From Chiloscyllium plagiosum (Eukaryota), in contig NC_057740.1 in assembly GCF_004010195.1 (NCBI RefSeq), positions 17,726,912 through 17,790,911 of the forward strand: a stretch of 64,000 bases of DNA. Reading direction: 5' to 3'. This document shows, in pieces, positions 12,901 through 24,487 of the stretch; the first letter of the stretch is position 1, and each line of letters starts with the position of its first letter. The position numbers and the translations under genes were made by a program. The notes beneath the pieces were generated by a model. The model searched no databases, was not told where the DNA came from, and saw only the letters and a list, made by a program, of their open reading frames with translations.

Positions 12901-15900
12901 AAAATGGCAGATGGAGTTTAATCTAGATAAATGTGAGGTGCTACATTTTAGTGCTGCGAATCAGGACAGGACTTATACACTTAACAGTAAGGTCCTGGAG
13001 AGTGTTGCCAAACAAAGTAAACAAGGAGTGCAGGTTCACAGTTCACGGGTTTGGAAGGTTTGAGTATACGGTGAGGCTGAATAGGTTGGGGCTATTTTCC
13101 CTGGAGCATCAGAGGCTGAGTGGTGATCATAAAGAAGTTTATAAAATCATGAGGGGCATGGATAGGGTGAATAGTCAAGGTCTTTTTCACAGGGTAGGAG
13201 GTTCTAAAACTAGAGATCATAAGTTTAAGATGAGGAGAAAGATTTAAAAGGGACCTAAATGGCAACCTTTTCATGAAGAGGGTGGTGCGTGTGTGGAATG
13301 AACTGCCAGAGGAAGCGGTGGAAATTGGTACAATAACAATATTTAAAAGTCATCTGGATGGGTATATTAATGGGAGGGGGTTAAAGCGATACGGGCCAAA
13401 TGCTGGCAAGTGTGACTTGATTAATTTAGGATATCTGGTCAGCATGGATGAGTTTGACCAAAGGATCTGATTCCGTTCTGTACATCTCTATGGCTGTATG
13501 ACTTTAAAACTCAGCCACTCACATATGTTATAATCCTACAAAGACCCTTGAGTATGCTCTGACAACAAAGTAGCAGTCTGGAATAACAAATTGCTGGCAG
13601 ACTCACCCACATCCTTTCGCTGGATAGTTTTGCGTTTTCCCCGCAAAGCGAATGAATATGCATCCTTCGCAATCACTTCAACAAATAGTTCCTGTTGGGA
13701 GAAACCAAATACATTGTTCAGTCAATGGGATACCCAGTTTGTTCAGTATACATTCTCTCTCTCACAAGGAACCCAGTATACAGCTCCAGCTCTCATACAG
13801 CTCTAATCTCTTTCCTGAGCAGAAGCAGCATTTCCTCCCTCAGGCAAACCTTTGTACCCCTCCCCACAGAGACAGGTTGCTTTTGCCTCATTAGCAATTA
13901 ATAAAACGATGCCAAGATTGAAGTTTCCTTAAGTCTTAATCTAAATTAAAGCATTTTTATGCAAGGTGAGCAATGTCACTGTCATCAAGGATTTAATGAT
14001 TATGCAAACTCAGGCAGAATCATCATATCAGTCTGTATAAGTGATCCATCAAGATAAATTAACTGAAGCTGAAAAATTAAAATTCGAACTTCTAAAATGC
14101 CAAACAGAAAAACATGACTGATTTATGGAAAAAGATAGCAAGTTTTGAGAAGATTCGCAGCTCAGGTTGAGGCTCTGGATCTAAGTTTGCTCGCTGAGCT
14201 AGGTTTATTTTCAGACGTTTTGTCACCAAACTAGGTAACATCATCAGTGACTCCCACAGCTACCTGGATTACACCTCCTCCCACCCTACCTCTTGCAAAA
14301 ATGCTATCCTTTATTCCCAATTCCTCCACCTCATCTGCTCCCAGGAGGACCAGTTCCACCACAGAACACACCAACTGGCCTCCTTCTTTAAAGACCACAA
14401 TTTCCCCTCCCACATGGTTGATAATGCTCTCCAGTGCACTTCATCCATGCTCTCCACCTCAACCCTCGAACCCCACCCCTCAGCCGCAACATGGTCAAAA
14501 CCCCTTGGTCCTCACCTTCCACCCCAGCAACCTCCGCCATTTGCGCCACCTACAAACAGACCCCGCCACCAGAGATATATTTCCATCCCCACCCCATCCG
14601 CTTTCTGTAAAGATTGTTCCCTTCGCGACTACCTGGTCATGTCCACACCCCTTAATAACCCACCCTCCCTTCCTGGCACCTTACCTTGACACCGCAGCAA
14701 CTGCAAAACCTCCCCCCGCCCCTCCATCCAAGGCCACAAAGGAGCCTTTCATATCCATCAACGTTTCACCAGCATTTCTACACACATCATTTACTGTATC
14801 TGTTGCTCCCAATGCGGTCTCCTCTACACTGGGGAGACTGGACGTCTACTCGCAGAATGCTTCAGAGAACATCTCCGGGACATCCACACCAATCAACCCC
14901 ACCGCCCTGTGGCTGAACATTTCAACTCTGCCTCCCACTCTGCCAAGGACGTGCAGGTCCTGGGCCTCCTCCACCGCCGCCGCTCCCTCACCACCCAATG
15001 CCTAGAGGAAGAACGCCTTATCTTCCGCCTTGGGACCCTTCAACCCCATGGCATCAATGTGGATTTCACCAGTTTCCTCATTCTCCCTCCCAACCTTAAC
15101 CGAGACCCAACCTTCCAGCTCAGCACCGCCCTCATGACCTGTCCCACCTGCCAATCTTCCTTCCCACCTATCTGCTCCACCGTCCCCTCTGACCTATCAC
15201 TTTCATCTCCACCTCCATCCACCTATTGCACTCTTAGCTACCTTCCTCCAGCAGACCCCCTCATTTATCGCTCCACCCTGAGGCTCCCAGCCTCATCCTG
15301 ATGAAGGGCTTTTGCCTAAATTGTCGATTTTCCTGCTCCTCCGATGCTGCCTGACCTGTTGTGCTTTTCCAGCACCACTCTGATCTTGACCCCCAACATC
15401 ATCAGTGAGCCTCTGATGAAGCCTTTGAATGTTGATGAGTCAGTTTTTTTTTTGAAAAGTCAGGCTCTATTATTTTTGATAATGCTCCTTAATCTGGTGG
15501 CATCTATAGAGACGGGGAAAAGTTATATTGATACCGCTTCAGAAACTGCAGCAACGTTTGAGTTTTATTTTAGTGGCCAGGTTTCTAGAGTAATTGACGT
15601 TTAACCCATTATCCAGGAATGGGCTACACTAAAGAAGTTCTGGTAAAATGTCCAGCATTTTAATTTTTTTCTTAATTTGTATAGTCTCTATTTGTAATTT
15701 AACTCCTGGAGATTATTATGGTAAATATACTCTGCACCTTCACCAACCAGCCCAGAGCTGGGGACCATGATCAATAAAGGAACGCGGGCAGAGACCCAGT
15801 GGATTGCACCCGGGAGGAGTCCTCAGTGACCATCAGGGCCTCTGGCGGCCGCCGGATGACCCTCTGTAGGGGGTCGGGGTGGCCATCACTCACTCACCGT

Positions 15901-16101
15901 GGCCTTCCCGATGGCGAACACGGCCTCCTGGCTCGCCAGCGACACATCGGGATCAGCCTTCATCAGCCCCTTGATCCGGCTCAGCGGCAGCCGGAGCAGT
16001 TTATGCTGCAGGCCCGGCCTCTCCACCTCGACCTCCGGCTGCAGGCTCTGGGCCGACTCCCCCGCTTGCTGCAGCCCCACTCCGCTCTCGCGTTCCTCCA
16101 T
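9926..16101 (-). CDS. POLE4: DNA polymerase epsilon subunit 4 (histone-fold); complement(join(9926..9939,12619..12660,13607..13691,15898..16101)), 114 aa
   Basis: LRLPLSRIKGLMKADPDVSLASQEAVFAIGKAT|ELFVEVIAKDAYSFALRGKRKTIQRKDV|DNAVDATDEFAFLE|GTLD* matches POLE4. Exons of 204/85/42/14 nt join in frame with canonical GT-AG sites. Confidence 0.95.
10430..11530 (+). mobile_element. Non-autonomous retroposon-like insert with a nested CR1 3' fragment (10535-10765, -)
   Basis: Starts tcaagatggcagcgg; ends with a LINE-type tail cttttcactgtactc...gtacgtgacagtaaa. Family not identified. Confidence 0.4.
12619..12660 (-). CDS. POLE4: POLE4 exon 3
   Basis: tctctttcag acceptor; DNAVDATDEFAFLE; donor GTGAGT. 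Confidence 0.92.
12782..13502 (+). mobile_element. CR1/HER1-type LINE, decayed 3' part
   Basis: SKFADDTKI RT motif and RLNRLGLFSLE..RLSGD..EVYKIMRG C-terminal motif, followed by the shared 3' tail. Confidence 0.88.
13607..13691 (-). CDS. POLE4: POLE4 exon 2
   Basis: ccaacag acceptor; ELFVEVIAKDAYSFALRGKRKTIQRKDV; donor GTGAGT. Confidence 0.93.
14140..14250 (-). mobile_element. PLE pLTR fragment with hammerhead motif, split by a younger PLE (continues at 15395-15425)
   Basis: Same sequence as the pLTRs at 40935, 42610, 54340 and 61850; minus strand reads CTGATGA-tgttacc..ggtgac-AAAAcgtc. Confidence 0.65.
14251..15394 (+). mobile_element. 5'-truncated Penelope-like element (RT C-terminus, GIY-YIG endonuclease, pLTR), frameshifted
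   Basis: IIYCICCSQCGLLYTGETGR...AEHFNSASHS...LGLLH...EERLIFRLGTLQPHGINVDF; pLTR with degenerate hammerhead at 15298; 14-bp TSD aacatcatcagtga at 14237-14250 and 15395-15408. Confidence 0.88.
15898..16101 (-). CDS. POLE4: POLE4 exon 1
   Basis: ATG at 16101 (MEERESG...GKAT); donor GTGAGT at 15897; GC/CpG-rich. Confidence 0.92.
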
Positions 16102-16140
16102 CAACCGCCTTCCCGCCTCACCGCCTGCTGCTCCCCGAAC

Positions 16141-16350
16141 CGCCAATCGCAGCGCGCCCTCACCCCCCTCCGCCAATCGCAGCGCGCCCTCACCCCACTC
16201 CGCCAATCGCAGCGCGCCCTCACCCCACTCCGCCAATCGCAGCGCGCCCTCACCCACTCCGCCAATCGCAGCGCGCCCTCACCCCCCTCCGCCAATCGCA
16301 GCGCGCACTCACCCCCTCCGCCAATCGCAACACATCCTTTTCCCCCCTCC
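16141..16350. repeat. 29-30 bp GC-rich minisatellite, ~7 copies, each containing CCAAT; probable POLE4 promoter
   Basis: Unit cgCCAATcgcagcgcgccctcacccc(c/a)ctc starts at 16141, 16171, 16201, 16231, 16260, 16290 and 16319 (last one degenerate). Confidence 0.93.
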
Positions 16351-16353
16351 GCC

Positions 16354-16525
16354 AGTCCAAAGATGTGCAGGTCAGGTGAATTGGCCATGCTAAATTGCCC
16401 GTAGTGTTAGGTAAGGGGTAAATGTAGGGGTATGGGTGGGTTACGCTTCGGCGGGTCGGTGTGGACTTGTTGGGCCGAAGGGCCTGTTTCCACACTGTAA
16501 TGTAATGTAATCTAATCTAATCTAA
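16354..16525 (+). mobile_element. HE1-type SINE, 5'-truncated
   Basis: agtccaaagatgtgcaggtcaggtgaattggccatgc...gggcctgtttccacactg plus a (taatc)n tail; matches the full copies at 52239 and 61220. Confidence 0.85.
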
Positions 16526-16715
16526 CACTGGATAGAAACACCAACCACGAATAGAGAGTTAGCGGTCTAATAGCACGACAGTTACGCTGTGGTCCAATTA
16601 GGTGGTGCAGCATTAACATCGCTAACCAATCAGATTTTAGAGGCTGCAATAAGTAGCACAGCAGTTACAAGAAGGGCCCTTGTTGGAAAAATTCACCAGA
16701 TGTTAACGAAATATG

Positions 16716-17210
16716 ATAGAGATACACAGCATGGAAACAGACCCTTCGGTCCAACTCGTCCATGTTGATGAGATATCCTAATCTAATCTCGTCCCATTTA
16801 GAAGAGGATGAATCCCTAGCCTGTGGAAACAGGGCACTTGAGTAACCCACCCAGACCTGCCCTACCATATTACCCTATGTTTACACCTGATTAATGAACC
16901 TAACCTACACATCCCTGAATATTATGGGCAACCTCGCATAGCCAATTCACCTGACTTGCACATTTTTGGATTGTGGGAGGAAACTGGAGCACCCAGAGGA
17001 AACCCACACAGTCACAGGGAGTATGTGCAAACTCCACACAGACAGTCACCCTAGTTGGGAATTGAACATGGGTCCCTGGTGCTGTGAGGCAGCAGTGCTA
17101 TCCACTGTGCTACGCAATGACCATTTGCCAGCACTTAGCCCATATTCCTCTAATCCAGATGTCTTTTAAATGTTGTATTTATACCAGCCTCCACCACTTC
17201 CTCTGGCAGC
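16716..17210 (-). mobile_element. CR1 3' end interrupted by an HE1-type SINE (~16800-17115)
   Basis: Reverse complement of the CR1 tail lies on both sides of a tRNA-headed SINE. Confidence 0.75.
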
Positions 17211-18290
17211 TGATGACACCAAAATTGGAGGTGTAGTGGACAGCGAAGGAGGTTATCTCGGATTACAACAGGATCTTGACCAGATGGGCCAATGGGCTGA
17301 GAAGTGACAGATGCAGTTTAATTTAGATAACTGTAAGGTGCTGCATTTTGGGAAAGCAAATCTTAGCAGGATTTATACATTTAATGGTCAGGCCCTGGGG
17401 AGTGTTGCTGAAGAAAGAGACCTTGGAGTGCAGGTTCACAGCTCCTTGAAAATAGAGTCACAGGTAGGTAGGATAGTGAAGAAGGTGTTTGGTATGCTGT
17501 CCTTTTTCGGTCAGAGTATTGAATACAGGAGTTGGGAGGTCATGTTGCGGCTGTACAGGACATTGGTTAGGACCGTTGAACTGTTGGAATATTACGTGCA
17601 ATTCTGGTCTCCTTCCTATCGGAAAGATGTTTAGATTAGATTACTTACAATGTGGAAATAGGCCCTTCGGCCCAACAAGTCCACACCAATCCTCCGAAGA
17701 GCAACCAACCCAGACCCATTCCCCTACATTTACCCCTTCACCTAACACTATGGGCAATTTCACATGGCCAATTCACCTAACCTGCACATTTTTTGTGAAA
17801 CTTGAAAGGGTTCAGAAAAGACTTACAAGGATGTTGCCAGGGTTGGAGGATTTGAGCTATGGGGAGAAGTTGAATTGGCTAGGGCTGTTTTCCCTCGAGC
17901 GTCGGAGGCTGAGGGGTGACCTTATAGAGGTTTACAAAATCATGAGGGGCTTGGACAGGATAAATAGACAGTCATTTCCCTGGGATGGGGGCGTCCAGAA
18001 CTAGAGGGCATAGGTTTAGGGTGAGAGGGGAAAGATACAAAAGAGACCTATGGGGCAACTCTTCCATATAGAGGGTGGTACGTGTATGGAATGAGCTGCC
18101 AGAGGAAGGGGTGGAGGCTGGTACAATTGCAAATTTTAAAAGGCATTTGGATAGGTATATGAAAAGGAAGGGTTTGGAGCGATATGGGCCAGGTGCTGGC
18201 GGGTTGTTCTGGATTGGGTTGGGATATCCGGTCGGCATGGATGAGTTGGACCGAAGGGTCTGTTTCCGTGCTGTACATCTCTATGACTCT
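17211..18290 (+). mobile_element. CR1/HER1-type LINE 3' part with an antisense SINE insert (~17630-17790)
   Basis: DDTKIGG; MQFNLDNCKVLHFG; LEYYVQFWSP; LERRRLRGDLIEVYKIMRG; 3' tail. Confidence 0.9.
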
Positions 18291-18439
18291 AAGTGTTTCC
18301 AGCAACTTCTGTTTTTGTTTCTGATTTCCTATATACGCAGTTCATTTTCTTTATTTAAAGCATAGAGTTATAGGGTGGAGAAGGGACTTTTTGGTTCGGT
18401 GGTCAACCAAGATGCACTTTGCAGCACTTGGCTCATAGT

Positions 18440-18710
18440 GAGGGGATGATGGCCTAGTGGTGTTATCACGAGACCATAATCCAAAGATCCAGGTAATGTT
18501 CTGGGCAATTTAATTTTTAAAAAAATCAGGAATTATAAGTCGAATGATGACAATGAACTGTTGTTGATTGTCAGGGAAAAAAAACGGGAAGGAGACAGCA
18601 ATCCTTGTCTTGTCTACATGTGACTTCAGATCCACAGTATTGTTGTTGATTCTGCACTGCCAATGGTAATGAATGCTGGCCTAGCCCACATTCTCTGAAG
18701 CAATAAAAAA
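18440..18710 (+). mobile_element. Second tRNA-derived SINE family (other copies ~12115-12310 +, ~33730-34100 +, ~46510-46970 -)
   Basis: Head gatggcctagtggt..; shared tail aaatgctggcctagcc followed by an A-rich end. Confidence 0.55.
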
Positions 18711-21700
18711 ATGCCTGGAATGTTATGACATTTCATTAGCTTATCCAAGCATTGTTAAAGTTTTTGAGGTTTCCCATCTTATCTTCTCTCCCAGACAGTG
18801 CATTCGGGTTTCCCACCATTCTCAGGGTGAACAAAGTTTATCCTTAAATCCCTCTAAAACTCCTACTGTGTATCTTAAAATTATGCTCCTTTGTTATTGA
18901 TCCTTCAACTAAGAAGAACAGCTACTTCTTATCCATTGTGTCCATGCCCCATATAAATTCACACATCTCAATCAGTTCTCCCCTCAGTCTTCTCTACTCT
19001 GTTAAAATTAAAAAATGATTTGTGCCTTTCAAATCTGTCTTCACAGCTAAAGTGCTTTAACCCAGGCAGCATCCTGGTGCATCTCCGCTGCACACCCTGC
19101 ATTGTAGCTACATCCTCACAAAGGTCAATTAATGCTTTTTTTCTGCAGTGGTCAGTATGGAAGAATGTAGATTGGGGTTAAAAGTGTAAATTGTGTCTGA
19201 ATGCACTCCAGGAAATGTTGATCTTAAATCCTTGGAGATTCCAGGAGTCTTCTGGAGGGTTGATAACCTTAGGTCAAGACATCGCTAAAGGCTGATGCGG
19301 TTGAGTTTAGAGTGGTCATTGAGGTTGCTTCCTGGTAGTTCGGTCTCTGGAATGCAGCGTTCTCAGACCTGTCTCCAGCACAATGTCTTTGCTTCCAAAA
19401 TGGAGATCACACTGGCCTGGGCTATACTGTTGGGACTAGAGAATGATTCTGGTCTGAAATGAAGCTGTTGCACATCATTGGTCTCTAAAGGAGAAAAATA
19501 ACTCCTTTTTGTAGAATTATGCAGTACTGTAGAAGGCCATTAAGCCTGCTTTCTTGAAATAGCTTCCAATGATTTCTACTGCCCAGTTCTTTCCCCTCAG
19601 TCCTGTAATTGATTATTCTTTTAAATGTCTAATGAGGAAAATGAAGTTTTGGAATCTGCATTTCTTCACAGGAACGTAGTGTGATTCTCATTAGACAACA
19701 GTTCACAAAATCTGAATCCACTGGCTCCTCAGTCAAATCTGTTCATTCTTAGGAATAGCTAGAAGAGATAAAATGAGTTTTTGCATCTACTTCTCAGATT
19801 TCCTTGTGCTCTGTAATTCAGTGTTAACTACCCATTTCTACAATCTGTGGCCTTCTGGTTGAAAGCGGCTGTCTAACTCCATTGCTTGTTCACTGTGAGT
19901 ACAATTCCATCCACAACAAACCTCCCCTATACACAGTATGCCATTTTGTCCTGCAGTAAGAATACTGTAATAACATTGGATAAGATGAGCATTGGATGGA
20001 TATCTTCCAACTACCAGAAAACTCATGCTATTGCAGGATATTTGTTGCCAAAGGAGCACTGTGTGCAAAGAAGACTTGAGGGGAATCCCAAACACAGTTT
20101 CCAGTGGAGGGGTGGGGGGGGGGGGGGGGGGGTTACAGAGTCATTAACCCATGCTGTACTGAGTATAAGGATTTTATTCCATGGAAGCAATGCAGATGGA
20201 CATCATGGTATTGGAAGAATTGGAGTGAATTGAAAGACGCAGCAGTTCTCTAATCTTACCTACTTTGTCAGTTAAGTGCTAATAATGGTCTGCAATCTTG
20301 ACACATCCAGAACCACTGACTTCTCCCCACATACGGCTATTATGACCCATTTGATTATCTTCCTTCTGTGAATACCTCACAGTCATTCCTTGCACAAGCT
20401 AATCTGTTCCATTAGTACCATGGGTCTGCATCTGAAGGAAAAAAATGTGAGGTTTTCACTTTGGTCTTTTGGCTACCAGGGAATTGCATGGAACTACTGA
20501 TAATTATAATGGAGTTATTTTTTGGTTACTCAGTACTTGGAAATAATTCTGACTAGTCTACTCCTGGTTCTGTAGAAGCAAATAAAAGGGGAGGATTAAC
20601 TGAATTTAACACATTAACAGGTGCTGCAAGAAAATTTAGTAACGTGCTTCCTGTGCAAGCAGGCTTTAAAATTATGCAGCAACAGCTTTCTTCCCACCTC
20701 CCGTCCTTCATAAAAGTAATGCTCCTGTTGCTCATTATTTTACAAACTATTTAAGTTACAAATCACTTGAGAGTGACATGTTCTCAGTAAGTGTAGGGAC
20801 GTATCTGAATTATCCCTTTCTATAGTGATGAAAATCTGTCTAGATAAAATTCTTGTTTCTGATGTCCCTGATAGTCTCAGCATAAACTGTCGAACCAACC
20901 TGGACCCTCAACATACGACTCAAGATAGTGGACCCAGCTTGTCGGACACAAGTGTTTACCCCACAGAGACCAGGGCAGAAAGTTAAGCATGAGGTGATGG
21001 CAAGAATATCTGTGTTCACAAACCACAATATAGTGGAGGAAATGGGGAACAACAACAATTTGTACTTATATAGCATCTTTAACAAATTAAAACATATCTT
21101 CACAGGAGCATTATAAAACAGACAGGCACACACATGGATGGGTATGAATACGTACACTGTAGTGTGAGAAATCAAAGATATCCAAAAATCAGACAAACTT
21201 TATAGGAGAAATGGAACAGAAACACACACAAACCTGTTTCTCCTACTCTGGCATTTTATGCATCCCAAATACCACCTTCAAGATCACTGCAGTAATTCAC
21301 CAAGCCTCCTTTGATAGCACCTTCCAAACATATGACCACTACCACCTAGAAGGACAAGGGCAGTAGGTACATGGGAATACCTACATCTGCAAGTTCTCCT
21401 CCAAGCCAAATCATCCTGACTTAGAGCTACATTGCTGTTCCTTCACTGTCCCTGGGTTAAAATCCTGCAACTCCCTTTCTAACAGGACTGTCATTGTCCC
21501 TACATCATATGGACTGTAATAGTTCAAGGTGGCAGCTCACCACTATCTTTTCAAAAACAATTAGGAGTTGGTAATAAATGCTGGCCTAGTCAATGACATG
21601 CACACACAGTGATCACATTAAAAAAAAAATCACTTTAGGGTTACACCTGAAATGTTGACTTCGCCACCTCCTGATGATGCCTGGCTTGCTGTGTTCTTCC

Positions 21701-23704
21701 AGCCTCCTGCTTGTCTGCCGCAATAGATGGCAATGCTTTCAGTCATCCAGGGCCTAAGCTTTGAAATTCTACTAAGTCCCTCCAAACATCCTTTTAGTAG
21801 TTTTCTTACTCTACCCTGTTCTAAGAGACATGCACAGCTGGCACATAGTTGTGTTGGGATCTTGTTCAGTTAAATATGCTGCCAACAACCCTTCTTAGTC
21901 TATTATTAGTCTACAGGGCTTACTCTTATGTAGTGAAGGATGAGCCACAGATAAGTAGAATGTTATTATTATTATGTAATAGTAAGATAACAGGTTACAT
22001 TAGCTTAAGACTGGTTAACATTAGGCAAGACATGCTGTTATCTCCTAAGCGATTGTAACTAGGTAAACGCTACATGATTGTAGAACTCACCAACAGCAAA
22101 CTGGCTGTTTCTGGAAGAAGCCAGTCTTTTATACATCAGTGGATAGAGCTATTCCAAAGCTTTCAAGTTAACCCTTTCAGGCCAGCTTCCTTAAGCAACA
22201 CGCTCCTCTTTGACCTGACATGCCTGTAAAACTGTTTTACATCCACAAAGTAAAAGGGATCCTGTGTGAATCAGCAGCTGATTTTTCAACACATCCAATC
22301 TCCTTTCCATGAGGTTCACAGAGCAATAGTTGCAGAAACGATTCCTAATCTCACTTCTTTATTTCTATTTGAAATTAAGAATCTGAACAGTCATTTTCTA
22401 AGTCAATGGAAAATAAAGGCTGGCGTTATGAAAAATAAATTGCTATTGAGAGACCATTTTGTAGTGTTAACATGGACCAGTTTGAAACTGTTTTATTTTG
22501 CTTTTGTCTGATTATGTTCCTGTCAAGCCTCTTGGGAGGTCTTTTTCTATGTTGAAGACATTAGATCAATATAAGCTGAAATGGTTTGATGGCTGGTTTG
22601 TGTTTCAGAATGATGCCAACAGTGCGGGTTTACTTCCCTTACTGGCTAAGATCGTAATAAAGTCCTTCTCGTCCCTTTCCTGAGACATGGAGACTCTAAG
22701 GTTAAATTCATCACCAGTCATGTTTATCTAATAAAAGAGCAGCTCTGTGATCCTCTGGGACTATGATGACTTTACCTTTATAAATATAATTTGGTATTAT
22801 TGTGTGAGAAATGACTCTGGCAGCATAATGTGAGAAATTACTGTAGAATATGGTCAATAACAAAGGGCAGTTTGTTTTAAGTGCTTGCGTTCTATTAAAA
22901 GAAATAATTGCACTAATGACACCTTTGAATAAATAGAACCTAGTCATTTTAGATCAGGCAGTAATTCTTGAAATCCTGTTATGAATAACCAGGTCACATA
23001 TAAAAAGGCAAAGTAACTGCATTAATCCTCATCCTTAAGACTGTGAGTGACTGAGTAAGATTAACCCAGAGAGCAGAATATTTCTGTCTGTCCTTTGTAG
23101 CACTCACCAGAGATTGAAGCCCTTTCAGACCCCACCATGTGCAGTTGACACAGAAGCAGTGAACAGTAGAGGATACTGAAACACGGAATGTAAAGGCACC
23201 ACGCAGTTAAAAAAAAGCTACAACAGATGGTGAAGAAAGTAATATACAAATTCAATGAAACAGGTAACTAATCCTATGAATTCATGATATGCCATATTTT
23301 CACTAATCGTAGTGTTATTAAGACAAATTCAGGCATTTTTAAAATTATAATTTAACAAATTTAATTTAGCCCTAAAATTATTAATGTACCAAATTGCTGG
23401 ATGTTTTTAATGGCTTATAATTACAAGTCTCTTCACTAATGCCATAACAAATCTGAAAGCCAGTGTTATTCTTATTGAGAAATTACTTAATATTTGTTAT
23501 ATATTTCTACCCTGTCAGCTCCAAATGCTGCCTCAGTCCAGGTTTGATCATTGAGAATGGGAACAGAGCAGAAACCTTACAGGTCCTTTTGAACCTAAGG
23601 TTAGTAATGGGAGAGGGTTCAATAACTGGAATGCAGTAGATAACAGTAGAGTGAGAGATCTATGCTGTGTTCGTTTATGATCTGTCAGTTGAGCTTACAT
23701 CACT

Positions 23705-24065
23705 AGAATAGAATAGAATTCCTATAGTGTGGCAGCAGGACATTCAGCCCATTCAATCGACACCAACCATCCGAGGGACATCGCAACCCAGGCCACTTCC
23801 TTGACCATATCCATGCAATCCTGCATTTCCCATGGCTACTCCACCTAACCTGCACTTCCCTGGACACCATGGGCAATTTAGCATGGCTAATCCATCTAAC
23901 TTGCACATCTTTGGACTATGGGAAGAAACAGGTGCACCCAGCGGAAACTCATGCAGACACGGGGAGAATGTGCAAACTCCGCACAGACAGTCACCAAGGT
24001 TGGAATTGAATCCGAATACCTGGCACTATGAGGCAGTAGTGCTAACCACTGTACCACTGCACCAT
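23705..24065 (-). mobile_element. HE1-type SINE
   Basis: Minus strand reads a tRNA-like head gtggttagcactactgcctca...ttcaattcc, body and LINE-derived tail with (ttcta)n. Confidence 0.82.
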
Positions 24066-24487
24066 TTGGCATCCCAATCTGCTGGACCTCACCAATAAGA
24101 CTCATCTGAAGTACTGATTTGCTGGCTTGTATGGTGGTGGTGTGATGTTAAAACTACTGTGCACATGAATGTACTCTCTACATACAGTAAGTAAAGTTGT
24201 CAGGGAGGTTTTAAACATATAATTTGCTATCTGAAGGCATTGATTTCTGTTTGCATATGGTTCAACAGGAGAGACAGTTCTTACTTTGCCCATTCTTCAC
24301 ACTTACCTTTGGACAATGAAGTCCTGATTTTATTAAACCCCATAGCAGTAATACACAGCTTAATGACATGGTGTGTCAAATCCTGGGATTGGGACATTTT
24401 AAAGGTAGGAGTCATGTCTCTATGCAAATTTCCTGGGGATCATGAATGGGACATCAAGGAAGGCTTTGTCCATGCAGGAGACCTCTC

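Noticed and set aside
14247-15005. 252-aa Pro/Thr/Ser-rich ORF
   Set aside because: Off-frame reading of the C-rich Penelope element.
16102-16257. In-frame repeat-encoded N-terminal extension of POLE4 (GEGALRLAEW repeats)
   Set aside because: Starts at GTG with no upstream ATG, is open only because the unit is 30 bp, and is broken by a 29-bp unit. The ATG at 16101 gives a normal-length POLE4.
16141-16350. CRISPR-like array
   Set aside because: Head-to-tail repeats without unique spacers, in a eukaryotic genome with no cas genes.
15799-16404. 201-aa and 164-aa plus-strand ORFs
   Set aside because: Antisense shadows of GC-rich POLE4 exon 1, the minisatellite and the SINE.
20107-20132. Poly-G run as a G-quadruplex element
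   Set aside because: Isolated homopolymer with unreliable length and no supporting context.
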